Below are positions 1 through 11,609 of a stretch of 64,000 nucleotides of DNA, in pieces. The translations under genes were made by a program, and so were the position numbers. The notes under the pieces are model-generated. The model saw only the letters and a program-made list of their open reading frames with translations. It was not told the origin of the DNA and did no database searches. Each line of letters opens with the position of its first letter. Positions within the stretch are counted from its first letter, which is position 1. The stretch spans positions 320,001-384,000 of the forward strand of contig CAWCDG010000004.1 of NCBI GenBank assembly GCA_963794325.1. The letters are read 5' to 3'. The stretch comes from an uncultured delta proteobacterium (lineage in GTDB: Bacteria; Desulfobacterota; Binatia; Binatales; Binataceae).

Positions 1-154
1 CGTTCAGAAAGTGATGCTCGACGGTCCACACCGAGTCGAAGCCGAGGCGATCGGCGAGCTCGATCTGCTCCATCGTTTCCCAGAACACGCGATATTCGTG
101 ATCGGCGGCGTGCGGCTTCACCGACTCGATTTCGTAGATGAGTCCCGCCTTCAT
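1..154 (-). CDS. LLM class flavin-dependent oxidoreductase (N-terminus; runs off window)
   Basis: Hand translation MKAGLIYEIESVKPHAADHEYRVFWETMEQIELADRLGFDSVWTVEHHF is the luciferase-like N-terminal motif. ATGA overlap with the TetR stop. Confidence 0.85.
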   Translation of the reverse strand, partial: MKAGLIYEIESVKPHAADHEYRVFWETMEQIELADRLGFDSVWTVEHHFLN

Positions 155-798
155 TTTGCGATGCTCCATTGACGCATGAACTCGCGGGCCTGGCGGCGCA
201 GCGATCTGCGCAAATCGAATCGCGGTCCGTGGAGATACCAGAGCATCGCGAGTCCCAGGTAGCTGGAAAAAATCTGCGTCGCCGCCCACTGCGGATCGAG
301 CTCCGCGTCAAAAATGCCCAGTTGCTGCCCGCGCTCTACCAATTCGCGAAAGCTCGCGATGCCGTGGAGGTTCGCCTTGCGCATCGAGCGCAGCACGCGC
401 GGCCCAATCTTGTGCGACTCGAGCGCGATAATCAGCAGCAGGCGGGTGACCCACGGATTTTTTTCGTTGAGGGCCGCCATCGTGTCAAACATCCGGGTGA
501 ATTCCGCGCGGAACTCGGCAGCATTAGAGGCCTGCGCGGATTTTTCGAAGATCAGCTCCCATTCGCCAAGCACCTTGGCGACGACCGCGATGAAGAATTC
601 TTCTTTGTCGGCGAAATGCCAGTACAGCGCGCCCTTGGTGACGCCCGCCGCCCGCGCGATGCGCGCCAACGACGTGCCGCGATATCCGTACGATGCGAAC
701 AGATCCATCGCCGCGTCGATCAGGACCTGATCGAGCGAGCCGCGCCGGCGCACCGGCTGCGGCGCCGACACCCCGTTCTTGCGAGCTGGTGAAATCAT
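151..798 (-). CDS. TetR/AcrR family transcriptional regulator
   Basis: N-terminal HTH LFASYGYRGTSLARIARAAGVTKGALYWHFADKEE. Confidence 0.93.
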   Translation of the reverse strand: MISPARKNGVSAPQPVRRRGSLDQVLIDAAMDLFASYGYRGTSLARIARAAGVTKGALYWHFADKEEFFIAVVAKVLGEWELIFEKSAQASNAAEFRAEFTRMFDTMAALNEKNPWVTRLLLIIALESHKIGPRVLRSMRKANLHGIASFRELVERGQQLGIFDAELDPQWAATQIFSSYLGLAMLWYLHGPRFDLRRSLRRQAREFMRQWSIAK

Positions 799-932
799 CT
801 GAACGATCGGTATGGTGAGGCACTGCGGGTGCCGAGGTCAAGCGCGACGCGCTGGTCGCACGAGCACGCGACGCCCGGGATCACCCCGCGTCCGCACTGC
901 CCCTTTGAGATCCGATCAGATGATCGCGTGCG

Positions 933-1157
933 TCAGTTCTGGCTGGAAGGCCCGCCGTCCGGACCCTTCATGTTCCGCTCGAGGCACCAGCGATCGATCA
1001 CCTCGGCGTTGAAACGCCAGTCGGTGCCAATCCTGAAGCCCGGCAGCTCTCCGCGACGAAGGAGCTTGTAAATGGTTGATGGATGCACACGGAGGTAGTC
1101 CGACAATTCCTTGACCGTCATCACGCGCGGCAAGCTATACTTTGTTTCACTAGCCAT
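933..1157 (-). CDS. Small excisionase-like (HTH_17) DNA-binding protein
   Basis: VMTVKELSDYLRVHPSTIYKLLRRGELPGFRIGTDWRF. ATG at 1157 with upstream GGAG. Confidence 0.88.
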   Translation of the reverse strand: MASETKYSLPRVMTVKELSDYLRVHPSTIYKLLRRGELPGFRIGTDWRFNAEVIDRWCLERNMKGPDGGPSSQN

Positions 1158-1435
1158 GGTATCTCCCGGTAACGTAAGTCCCGTCACCCGCCTACTGCCC
1201 GAATTTGATGCCCTTTTCCGCATCTGCCTAATGGTTCATTCGTCCCTTACGCCCACCATGAGTCTCTTTGAGTGTCGCAAAATCATTGATGGGGGTCAAG
1301 GGCAGCCTAAGAGGATTTCCGATACTTTTCGCTCTTTTTCTCTGTTCTAGTACGTACTAACTCACTTAATTTTGCAGAGCTATTGATACAAAACGCACGC
1401 CAAAGCCTCAAACTGCGCCTGAGAAGCTTGAAGAG

Positions 1436-1975
1436 GTGATAACTATGCTAAATCTCCATCGAATCTCAATTATGCTAGGTTTTATTTTATTTGCTTACGT
1501 TCGTCCAGTCCAGGCGCAACTAAAGTTATACAGCCCTGCTTTGGCTCCGGGTTCCGCTGTCGACGCTGAGAACACATGTGCTGGCGGCGATAAATCTCCT
1601 GCGCTTGCTTGGAGCAACGCGCCGCAATCCACCAAATCGTTTGCGCTAATCGTCGAAGATCCGGACGCACCCGCTGGCACATTTATTCATTGGTTAGCGT
1701 ACAATATTCCCGCTCAAACGACTTCGATTCCCGCAGGCGTGCCACAAACAGAAGAAATTGCAACTGGCGGAAAAAATGGGATCAACGGATTCGATCACAT
1801 CGGTTACAATGGACCATGTCCGCCGCCAGGCAAGATGCATCATTATCATTTTCGCCTGTTCGCGCTGGACTCAACGTTGCCCCTCGGCGACAAGCCCGAC
1901 GCGACCGCGCTCGAGTCCGCGATGAAAGGTCACGTACTGGCGACGGCGGCATTGGTCGGCACATTCGAACGATGA
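1436..1975 (+). CDS. YbhB/YbcL family Raf kinase inhibitor-like (PEBP) protein, exported
   Basis: SPALAWS, FALIVEDPDAP, FIHW, GYNGPCPPPG..HHYHFRLFALD motifs and a signal peptide. Confidence 0.93.
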   Translation: MITMLNLHRISIMLGFILFAYVRPVQAQLKLYSPALAPGSAVDAENTCAGGDKSPALAWSNAPQSTKSFALIVEDPDAPAGTFIHWLAYNIPAQTTSIPAGVPQTEEIATGGKNGINGFDHIGYNGPCPPPGKMHHYHFRLFALDSTLPLGDKPDATALESAMKGHVLATAALVGTFER

Positions 1976-2000
1976 GGTTGGTTAAAAAGGCGATTCAACG

Positions 2001-2597
2001 ATGAAGACAGTACTTAAAATCCTGGGCGGAGTGATTGTCCTCGCGGTCGTAGCGATCGTTGGATGGCGCTACTATCAGATGCATCGCGCGCGGCTTGCCG
2101 GCCTGCTTACCGAGAGCATCACGCACGACGGCGATATCTGGAAGGCCGACTTCACTGCGCGCATACCAGCGCCGGAGCAGACTGTGTTCGACGCGATTCG
2201 CAACGTCGAAAATACTCATAGCGACCAGATCAGGTCGGTGCGTGTCGTGTCGCAGAGCGGAAACAAAAAGACGGTCGACATGGATATCGCGGGACCGGGC
2301 GGACAACCGATCACCACAGAGCTTGCATTCGAGTACTTGCCCGACGAGAAAAAGATCATTTCCAAAACCGTCAACAATCCGATGTTCGATACGCAGTCCG
2401 TGTATCAGCTCTCCGATGAAGGCGCGAGTACGTTTATCGACTATCATCAGAATACTCATATGCTGCAGTCGCTTCCGGTTCCCGATGGCGTAATCAAACA
2501 GGTGATTCGCGGCATCTTTGTTGCGCAACTCGAGACCTTGAAGAAGCAGCTCAACATCAAGACCGCCGACGAGACCGACGACGACGACGAACCCTGA
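2001..2597 (+). CDS. Membrane-anchored SRPBCC/START-like protein
   Basis: N-terminal TM helix, then ARIPAPEQTVFDAIRN typical of the SRPBCC fold. Acidic tail. Confidence 0.55.
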   Translation: MKTVLKILGGVIVLAVVAIVGWRYYQMHRARLAGLLTESITHDGDIWKADFTARIPAPEQTVFDAIRNVENTHSDQIRSVRVVSQSGNKKTVDMDIAGPGGQPITTELAFEYLPDEKKIISKTVNNPMFDTQSVYQLSDEGASTFIDYHQNTHMLQSLPVPDGVIKQVIRGIFVAQLETLKKQLNIKTADETDDDDEP

Positions 2598-2629
2598 GCG
2601 TCGATCGCCGTTACAGCTTGAACATCACG

Positions 2630-2986
2630 ATGAACGAAATCGACGCGCAACTTGCTCACGGCGTCGAGTTGTTCAATCGCGGCGAATTTTTCGAAGCGCA
2701 TGAAGCGATGGAAGATGCGATGAACCTGATCGTTGACGACACCGGCGACTGGGATTTCTATCTCGGACTGCTGCGCGCGTCGGTCGCAAATCACAAGCTC
2801 GGCGACGGCGAACTGTCGAGCGCTCGATTGCATCTGCGCGCCGCATTGAAATTCCTTGCACCCTATCCCGACCGCCATCGCGGCATCAAGCTGCGCGAGT
2901 TTCGCAGCGCGCTCACCGCGGAACTCGCGCGTCTCGATTCCGATGCAACCAGTGTCACACCGCCGCGCATCGAGCTCGCCGGCTGA
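2630..2986 (+). CDS. DUF309 domain protein
   Basis: GVELFNRGEFFEAHEAMED motif. Confidence 0.85.
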   Translation: MNEIDAQLAHGVELFNRGEFFEAHEAMEDAMNLIVDDTGDWDFYLGLLRASVANHKLGDGELSSARLHLRAALKFLAPYPDRHRGIKLREFRSALTAELARLDSDATSVTPPRIELAG

Positions 2987-3585
2987 TGATTCCCTTCACC
3001 GCAGAATTCGCGGCGTCGGCATTCGCACTCGACGGCTGTCCGCGATGGAAGCGCGCGGAGGTCGCCCTCGCGGGCCGTTCCAACGTCGGCAAGAGCTCGC
3101 TCCTCAACGCGCTCACGAGGGTAAAGGGTCTCGCACGCACCAGCAAAACTCCCGGACGCACGCGAGCGCTCAACTTTTTTTCAGTGAACGACACGCTCGC
3201 TCTGTGCGACCTGCCCGGCTTCGGCTATGCGAAAATGAGTCACGATGACGCCGCCAAGATCGCATCGATGATGCATGAATACATCCACGGCCGCGCGAAT
3301 CTCGCCGCCATCGCGATCCTGATCGATTGCCGCCGCGGTCCGAATGAAGACGAACTCTCTCTGGCGGCGATGGCCACCGAGCGCGGTATCGAAGTGATTC
3401 CGGTCGCGACGAAATGCGACAAACTGCGCCGCTCGGAACGAGCCGCCGCACTCAAACGGTTCGACCGAATGCACGTGCCCCCAATTTTTGTCTCGGCAAC
3501 TTCGGACGAGGGACTCGACGACCTGCGCCGCCGAATCCTCGCCGTTGATCGCGCGGACGCCGCCAAACGCGCGGAGGCGCGATGA
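2986..3585 (+). CDS. engB: Ribosome biogenesis GTP-binding protein YihA/YsxC
   Basis: GRSNVGKSSLLNAL, TSKTPGRT, DLPGFGYAK, TKCDK G-motifs. Confidence 0.95.
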   Translation: MIPFTAEFAASAFALDGCPRWKRAEVALAGRSNVGKSSLLNALTRVKGLARTSKTPGRTRALNFFSVNDTLALCDLPGFGYAKMSHDDAAKIASMMHEYIHGRANLAAIAILIDCRRGPNEDELSLAAMATERGIEVIPVATKCDKLRRSERAAALKRFDRMHVPPIFVSATSDEGLDDLRRRILAVDRADAAKRAEAR

Positions 3586-4481
3586 AACCCGCCGTCTCCG
3601 TAATTATCCCGACTTACAATCGATGCGCGATGCTGCGCGAGGCGATCGATTCCGTGCTCGCGCAATCGTTCACCGAGTTCGAGTTGATCGTTATCGACGA
3701 CGGCTCGACTGACGGAACTGCCGAGCATCTGACGCGCCTCGGCAAACCAATCCAATTCGAACGCATTGAGCACGGAGGTCCCGCAACTGCTCGAAATCGC
3801 GGCGCAGAACTGGCGCGAGCGCCGCTTATTGCGTTTCTCGATTCCGACGATCTTTGGTCGCCAACCAAGCTCGAACGACAGCTTGCGTTCATGCGTGCGA
3901 ATCCCGGCTGCGCGATTTCGCAGACCAACGAAATCTGGATACGCAACGGACGCCGCGTCAATCCCGGATTGCGGCATCGCAAGCGCGCCGGCGATATTTT
4001 CATCGACTCACTCCGCACCTGTTTGATCAGTATGTCCGCCACGATGATGCGGGCCGAGCTCTTCCGCTCGCTCGGTGGCTTCGACGAGATCATGAGAGCA
4101 GCGGAAGACTACGACTTGTGGCTGCGAATTCTGATCGACCACGAAGCCGGTCTGCTCGACGAGTCGTTGGTGACTCGACGCGGCGGGCATCCAGATCAGA
4201 CCTCGGCGACGACACCCGCGCTCGATCGCTTCCGCATTCTCGCGCTCACGAAATTGCTCGCGGATGATGGACTCTCGCCAGCGCGCCGGACTGCAGTCGT
4301 CGAAGTGCTCATCGAGAAATGTCGCATCTACGCGGGTGGCCTCGTGCGGCGAGGCAGGATCGACCAGGCGCGTCTCTACCAAGGTATCTATGACCAGGCG
4401 CAAAACTGGCGAGCGGCTGAGATCGGCTGCGCTATCGAGTCGATGCGTTCCATGTTTCACGAAGTTCCACATGAGTGCTGA
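3582..4481 (+). CDS. Glycosyltransferase family 2 (GT-A fold)
   Basis: VSVIIPTYNR, IDDGSTDGT, AFLDSDDLW, EDYDLWLR. Confidence 0.93.
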   Translation: MKPAVSVIIPTYNRCAMLREAIDSVLAQSFTEFELIVIDDGSTDGTAEHLTRLGKPIQFERIEHGGPATARNRGAELARAPLIAFLDSDDLWSPTKLERQLAFMRANPGCAISQTNEIWIRNGRRVNPGLRHRKRAGDIFIDSLRTCLISMSATMMRAELFRSLGGFDEIMRAAEDYDLWLRILIDHEAGLLDESLVTRRGGHPDQTSATTPALDRFRILALTKLLADDGLSPARRTAVVEVLIEKCRIYAGGLVRRGRIDQARLYQGIYDQAQNWRAAEIGCAIESMRSMFHEVPHEC

Positions 4482-5004
4482 TATCGACCAACAAATTCGG
4501 ACGATTGCCGCCGAACGACGGCTGCCAGCGAGCCATCTCGCGCGATGGCTTGCGATGGATCCACCGTCGCGCGCCGCGATGCTCGACGTCGCGCGCACAC
4601 AGCGTCTTCGCACCGGTCAGCTGGTAACCGCGCTCGACACCCTTGATGAAATCACCGTGCGCGAGCGCGTCACCGCGGTCGCCATTCTCGACCGGCCTGA
4701 AATTCGGCGCATCGCGAATAGCCCGGGACCTCTGCCGTCGCGCGCGACTGCTCTGCTCGAAGCATTGCGCACCCTTCGGTACCCTCGCCTGAAAAAAATG
4801 CAGGAGCAGTTGCGCTCCGAGGTCTCGTCTCTGAAGTTGCCGCGCGGCATTTCGATAGACTTGCCCAAGGATCTCGGCTCTGATGAGCTCACGATTTCGA
4901 TCCGTGTCCGGAGTGGCGATGACCTGGAGCATTTGCTCGAAGCGCTCGATAAAAGGCGGACGGGACTGACGCGGATTATTGAAATGCTCGGCGGTAATAA
5001 ATGA
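4471..5004 (+). CDS. Hypothetical protein resembling the C-terminal part of ParB-like proteins
   Basis: ATG at 4471 overlaps the GT2 end and the stop overlaps the next start. LRYPRL...LKLPRGISIDLPKDLGSDELTISIRV pattern is a recalled similarity, not searched. Confidence 0.6.
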   Translation: MSADIDQQIRTIAAERRLPASHLARWLAMDPPSRAAMLDVARTQRLRTGQLVTALDTLDEITVRERVTAVAILDRPEIRRIANSPGPLPSRATALLEALRTLRYPRLKKMQEQLRSEVSSLKLPRGISIDLPKDLGSDELTISIRVRSGDDLEHLLEALDKRRTGLTRIIEMLGGNK

Positions 5005-6095
5005 AGTTCGACCTTGATGCGGTCTTTGTGGAAGATGGATGCGTCGGCTCCGCGCTGGCGACTCGCGTCCTCGATGCGCTTCCGTGCGATTTGCCTGTGA
5101 CGCAGGTCGCCGATGCGCGCGAAGTCACTCGGCCCGCATCCGGCGTGAGCGATCCTTTCGGCGCCGGCAAGCGCCGCCTCGTCATTGCGCGTCGCAAAAC
5201 TCCTTTCCTGATGCCGTGTCCCGCGGGCTCCTCGAAATTCGCCTGCTGCGGATACCTCGTGCTGACGCTCGCGTCGAACTGCCCGATGGATTGCTCGTAC
5301 TGTTTCCTGCAGGAATATCTCGCCGACAATCCCGCGTTCCAGGTTTATGCGAATTACACCGACTCCTTCGACGAGCTCGACCGCCTCTGCGAGAACGCTC
5401 ACGGCCGCAGCTTCCGCGTGGGCACCGGCGAACTGGCGGACTCGCTCGCGTTCGACTCGATCACCGCGATGAGCCGTGACCTGATCGATTTTTTTGCCTC
5501 GCGCGAGAATCTGACGCTCGAGCTCAAAACGAAGACCGACGAAATCGAAAATCTTCTCGACCTCGACCCGCGCGGCCGCGTGCTGGTTTCGTGGACGCTA
5601 TCGCCCGATGCGGTTTATCGCAGCTCTGAGCATCTGACCGCCTCGCCCACTGCTCGAATCGCGGCGGCTCGCGCCGTGCTCGACGCCGGCTACCGCGTCG
5701 CGTTCCATTTCGATCCGCTGATCGCGTATCCCAATGCCGAGCGCGACTACCTGCTGCTGATCGACGAGCTGTTCGACGTTGTTCCGCCCAAACAAATCTC
5801 GTTCATCAGCATGGGCGGACTGCGAATGACGCCGCGATTGCGCGGCGCCGCGCGCCTCCGTTTCCCCGACGATCCGATGCTATGCGGCGAGGACGTGCTC
5901 GCCTCCGACGGCCGCTTTCGTACATTCACGCCGCTGCGACTGAGCCTGTACCGCGCGCTCGCCGAGCGTTTCAAAAAAGCCGGCGCTGAGTTTCCCGCCT
6001 ACTTGTGCATGGAACCGGCCAGCGTCCATGAACACGTCTTTGGCGCGGTGCCCTCGCGACCAGCTACAATCGGCGAGCGCCTCGCGCGCGCTTAA
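5001..6095 (+). CDS. Radical SAM protein, spore photoproduct lyase (SplB)-like family
   Basis: CxxxCxxC (NCPMDCSYCFLQ), GELADSL, LELKTK, WTLSP, FHFDPLI, YLCME motifs. Confidence 0.85.
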   Translation: MKFDLDAVFVEDGCVGSALATRVLDALPCDLPVTQVADAREVTRPASGVSDPFGAGKRRLVIARRKTPFLMPCPAGSSKFACCGYLVLTLASNCPMDCSYCFLQEYLADNPAFQVYANYTDSFDELDRLCENAHGRSFRVGTGELADSLAFDSITAMSRDLIDFFASRENLTLELKTKTDEIENLLDLDPRGRVLVSWTLSPDAVYRSSEHLTASPTARIAAARAVLDAGYRVAFHFDPLIAYPNAERDYLLLIDELFDVVPPKQISFISMGGLRMTPRLRGAARLRFPDDPMLCGEDVLASDGRFRTFTPLRLSLYRALAERFKKAGAEFPAYLCMEPASVHEHVFGAVPSRPATIGERLARA

Positions 6096-6105
6096 GATCG
6101 AAGAA

Positions 6106-6978
6106 ATGCCGACGCGCAAAAAATCTCTCGCACGCCCGAATTCAATCGCCGCATCGAACGGAAACCTTCGCGGCGCGCGCGCGGCGATCGACCGGCCAAT
6201 CGGGGTGTTCGATTCCGGCATCGGCGGACTCACCGTGCTGAAAGAGCTGACCGCGGCTCTGCCCACCGAGGATTTCATCTACCTCGGCGACACCGCGCGC
6301 CTTCCCTACGGCACAAAATCCAACGAGGTCATCGTCCGCTACTCGAAGGAGAACACCGGCTTCCTGCTCGCCAAGGGAATCAAGATGCTGGTGGTCGCGT
6401 GCAACACTTCGAGCGCCGTCGCGCTGGACGCGATCGCGTCGGACACGATGGTGCCGGTTATCGGCGTGATCGAGCCGGGCGCGCGCGCCGCGGTCAAAGC
6501 CTCGCGCATCGGCAGGATAGGTGTGATTGGCACCGAGGCGACGATTGCGTCGGGCGCATACACGCGCGCGATCCAACGGCTCAGTCCGCGCGCGGAAATC
6601 TACACGCGCGCATGCCCGCTGCTGGTGCCGCTAGCCGAGGAAGGATGGACCGATAATGCGGTCGCGGAACTGACCGTCGCGCACTATCTCGAGAGCCTTA
6701 AGCAGAGCGGCATCGACACCTTGCTGCTCGGATGCACGCATTACCCACTGTTGCGCGAAATGTTCGCACGAATTCTTGGGCCTCGCGTTAAGATCGTGGA
6801 CTCCGCGACGGCTACCGCCGCCGACGTGCGCGACCGGCTGCGGACGCTCAAGCTGGCGCGACGCCGCGGCGACGGCAGCCAGAGTTTCTTTGTCACCGAA
6901 ACCCCCGACCGTTTCGTCCGCGTCGGCCGGCGCTTCCTCGGCCCGCAGGTCGAGTCCGCCGTCCGCATCGAGCGCTAA
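6106..6978 (+). CDS. murI: Glutamate racemase
   Basis: IGVFDSGIGGLTV, PYGTKS, VACNTSS, LGCTHYP. Confidence 0.96.
   Translation: MPTRKKSLARPNSIAASNGNLRGARAAIDRPIGVFDSGIGGLTVLKELTAALPTEDFIYLGDTARLPYGTKSNEVIVRYSKENTGFLLAKGIKMLVVACNTSSAVALDAIASDTMVPVIGVIEPGARAAVKASRIGRIGVIGTEATIASGAYTRAIQRLSPRAEIYTRACPLLVPLAEEGWTDNAVAELTVAHYLESLKQSGIDTLLLGCTHYPLLREMFARILGPRVKIVDSATATAADVRDRLRTLKLARRRGDGSQSFFVTETPDRFVRVGRRFLGPQVESAVRIER
6952..6976 (+). repeat. Direct repeat, left copy (murI 3' end)
   Basis: GAGTCCGCCGTCCGCATCGAGCGCT, repeated at 8768-8793. Confidence 0.8.
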
Positions 6979-7115
6979 CAGCGCCGGGCCCGTCATTAGA
7001 GCAGTTGGGCCCATATACGGAAGTTCGAATCGGAGGCCTATAAACGGAACTCCAGATCAATAGAAGTCCCTGCGTCAATGCGCATAACCATGGCGATCGG
7101 ATCAGCGCAGCCGTT

Positions 7116-8768
7116 GTGATTATCGCGCTGGTCGTGGGAATCGGTCTAAGAGTCGCAAGACTCGCCAGCGTGCCGCCCGGACTCGCCCCGGACGAAGCCT
7201 GCAATGGCTACGACGCATATAGCATTCTCAAGACTGGCCGCGACCATCACGGAAATTTTCTGCCGCTCGCGATGCAGGGTTTCGGCGACTACCGCATGCC
7301 CCTGTTCACGTACTCGCTGGTGCCGCTCGTCGCGGCCTTCGGACTCAAACCCGCCGTAGTGCGACTGGGGGCCGCGCTCTGGGGTATCGTCGACCTGGCC
7401 GCGATCACGGTTCTGGCCGGGCTGATGATGGGATGGCCGGCTGCCGCCGCCGCGGCGTTGTTCGGTGCGCTCTCACCCTGGCACTTGTCCATCAGCCGCT
7501 ACGCCACGGAGGAGATCGTGGGCAGCTCCACGATCACGCTGGGGATGCTCTGTTTCTTTCTGTGGCTTCGGTGGCGCCGGGGACGGTGGCTCCTCCTGAG
7601 CGGCGTAGTCTTCGGCCTCTCGCTTTATTCCTACGCGATCACCAAGCCGTTCCTTCCGCTCCTGATCGCGTTGCTGACCGTGATGTACTGGCACGAACTC
7701 AGAGCGGCGCGGCTCAAGGCGCTTGCTGCGGCAGCGATCGTGATGTTATTGGCGCTGCCGCAAGCCGTCCTGCTTCTGCACCATACTGCCGAGATGCAAG
7801 CGAGGTTCAAAGTACTTTCGTTGTTTCATACGATCGCGACATGTCCAGCCTGCGATCCTGCAAAGGCCGGCGCGGGCGGCCGCTCGTTCTTTTATCAACT
7901 GATCAGTTTCGCGGCTAATTGGCTAAGTTACTTCACCCCTTCCTTTCTTTTCCTGGTTGGCGACCGCGGCAGTCACTGGGCGATGCTGCATCCGCCGGGC
8001 TTCGGCCAGTTGCTGCCGGAACAGTCGCTGCTGATCCTGCTCGCGCTCGGCGGACTCGTAAGCGTGCGTCGAAGAAAGATAGCGCTGCTGCTGGCCGGCT
8101 GGTTGATCGCCGCGGCCTTCCCGGCGGCGCTCACGATCCCGGAGGGGGCTTTCGCTCCGGAGGTCGGGATGCCGACGCCGCATGTGATGGCCGATTATCC
8201 GGCCTGGCGCACGCCGTTGACGCCCTCTTTGCTGCTCTCGCATCCCGATTCGCGGCACGCAGTGTTGGCGATAGCGCCGTGGATTCTTTTCTCAGCCCTT
8301 GGATTTATCGTGTTGCTCGATTGGACGTCTCGCATGGCGGCGCTGAGGATGGCTGCGATCGGGCTGATTCTTGCGGGCGTGATATTCCATGGAGCGCAAT
8401 TTGTCCGATACTATTTCCGCGATTTTCCGGCGCTGGCCGCGCCTTATTTCCAGTACGGGATCGGCCAGACTTTGAGCCTGGTCGACCAGCTCGACGACGG
8501 CCATCAGCCGATCGTGATCACGCCCAGGATAAATCAGCCTTACATCTACGTGCTGTTTTTCGAACAATATCCCCCGGCCTCGTTCCACGGCTTGTCCCCC
8601 TCCTTTTTTGCCTTCGACCGCTATAGTTTTGTCGACCCGCGGTGGGCTTATGCCAGGATATTTCACGGGATCTTTGTGTACTCCGGATCCGATCAACTCC
8701 CCAAATCTCCACTCTTCTCGATTCGATACCCAAACGGGAGCGTGGCGTACAATATTGTCGTAAAGTAG
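7116..8768 (+). CDS. GT39/ArnT-like polytopic membrane glycosyltransferase
   Basis: PPGLAPDEACNGYDAYSILKTGRDHHGNFLP motif and many TM helices. Confidence 0.85.
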   Translation: MIIALVVGIGLRVARLASVPPGLAPDEACNGYDAYSILKTGRDHHGNFLPLAMQGFGDYRMPLFTYSLVPLVAAFGLKPAVVRLGAALWGIVDLAAITVLAGLMMGWPAAAAAALFGALSPWHLSISRYATEEIVGSSTITLGMLCFFLWLRWRRGRWLLLSGVVFGLSLYSYAITKPFLPLLIALLTVMYWHELRAARLKALAAAAIVMLLALPQAVLLLHHTAEMQARFKVLSLFHTIATCPACDPAKAGAGGRSFFYQLISFAANWLSYFTPSFLFLVGDRGSHWAMLHPPGFGQLLPEQSLLILLALGGLVSVRRRKIALLLAGWLIAAAFPAALTIPEGAFAPEVGMPTPHVMADYPAWRTPLTPSLLLSHPDSRHAVLAIAPWILFSALGFIVLLDWTSRMAALRMAAIGLILAGVIFHGAQFVRYYFRDFPALAAPYFQYGIGQTLSLVDQLDDGHQPIVITPRINQPYIYVLFFEQYPPASFHGLSPSFFAFDRYSFVDPRWAYARIFHGIFVYSGSDQLPKSPLFSIRYPNGSVAYNIVVK

Positions 8769-8793
8769 AATCCGCCGTCCCGCATCGAGCGCT
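8768..8793 (+). repeat. Direct repeat, right copy (duplicated murI 3' end)
   Basis: GAATCCGCCGTCCCGCATCGAGCGCT: 1 substitution and 1 extra C relative to 6952-6976. Confidence 0.8.
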
Positions 8794-8910
8794 GGCAAAG
8801 CCTCTCTCCAATCGCACGATTTCACGATAAGATGATTTCCAGCTAAAATTGCGGATCGCACCGCGCCCCGAATCTAACTTCAAACTTCATGGTTAAATTG
8901 CTCATATAAG

Positions 8911-11589
<2,679 letters not shown>

Positions 11590-11609
11590 CGCGGCGATCC
11601 GCTTTTCAG

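Noticed and set aside
933-1157. Prophage or ICE suggested by the excisionase-like gene
   Set aside because: No integrase, tRNA att site, phage or conjugation genes in the window.
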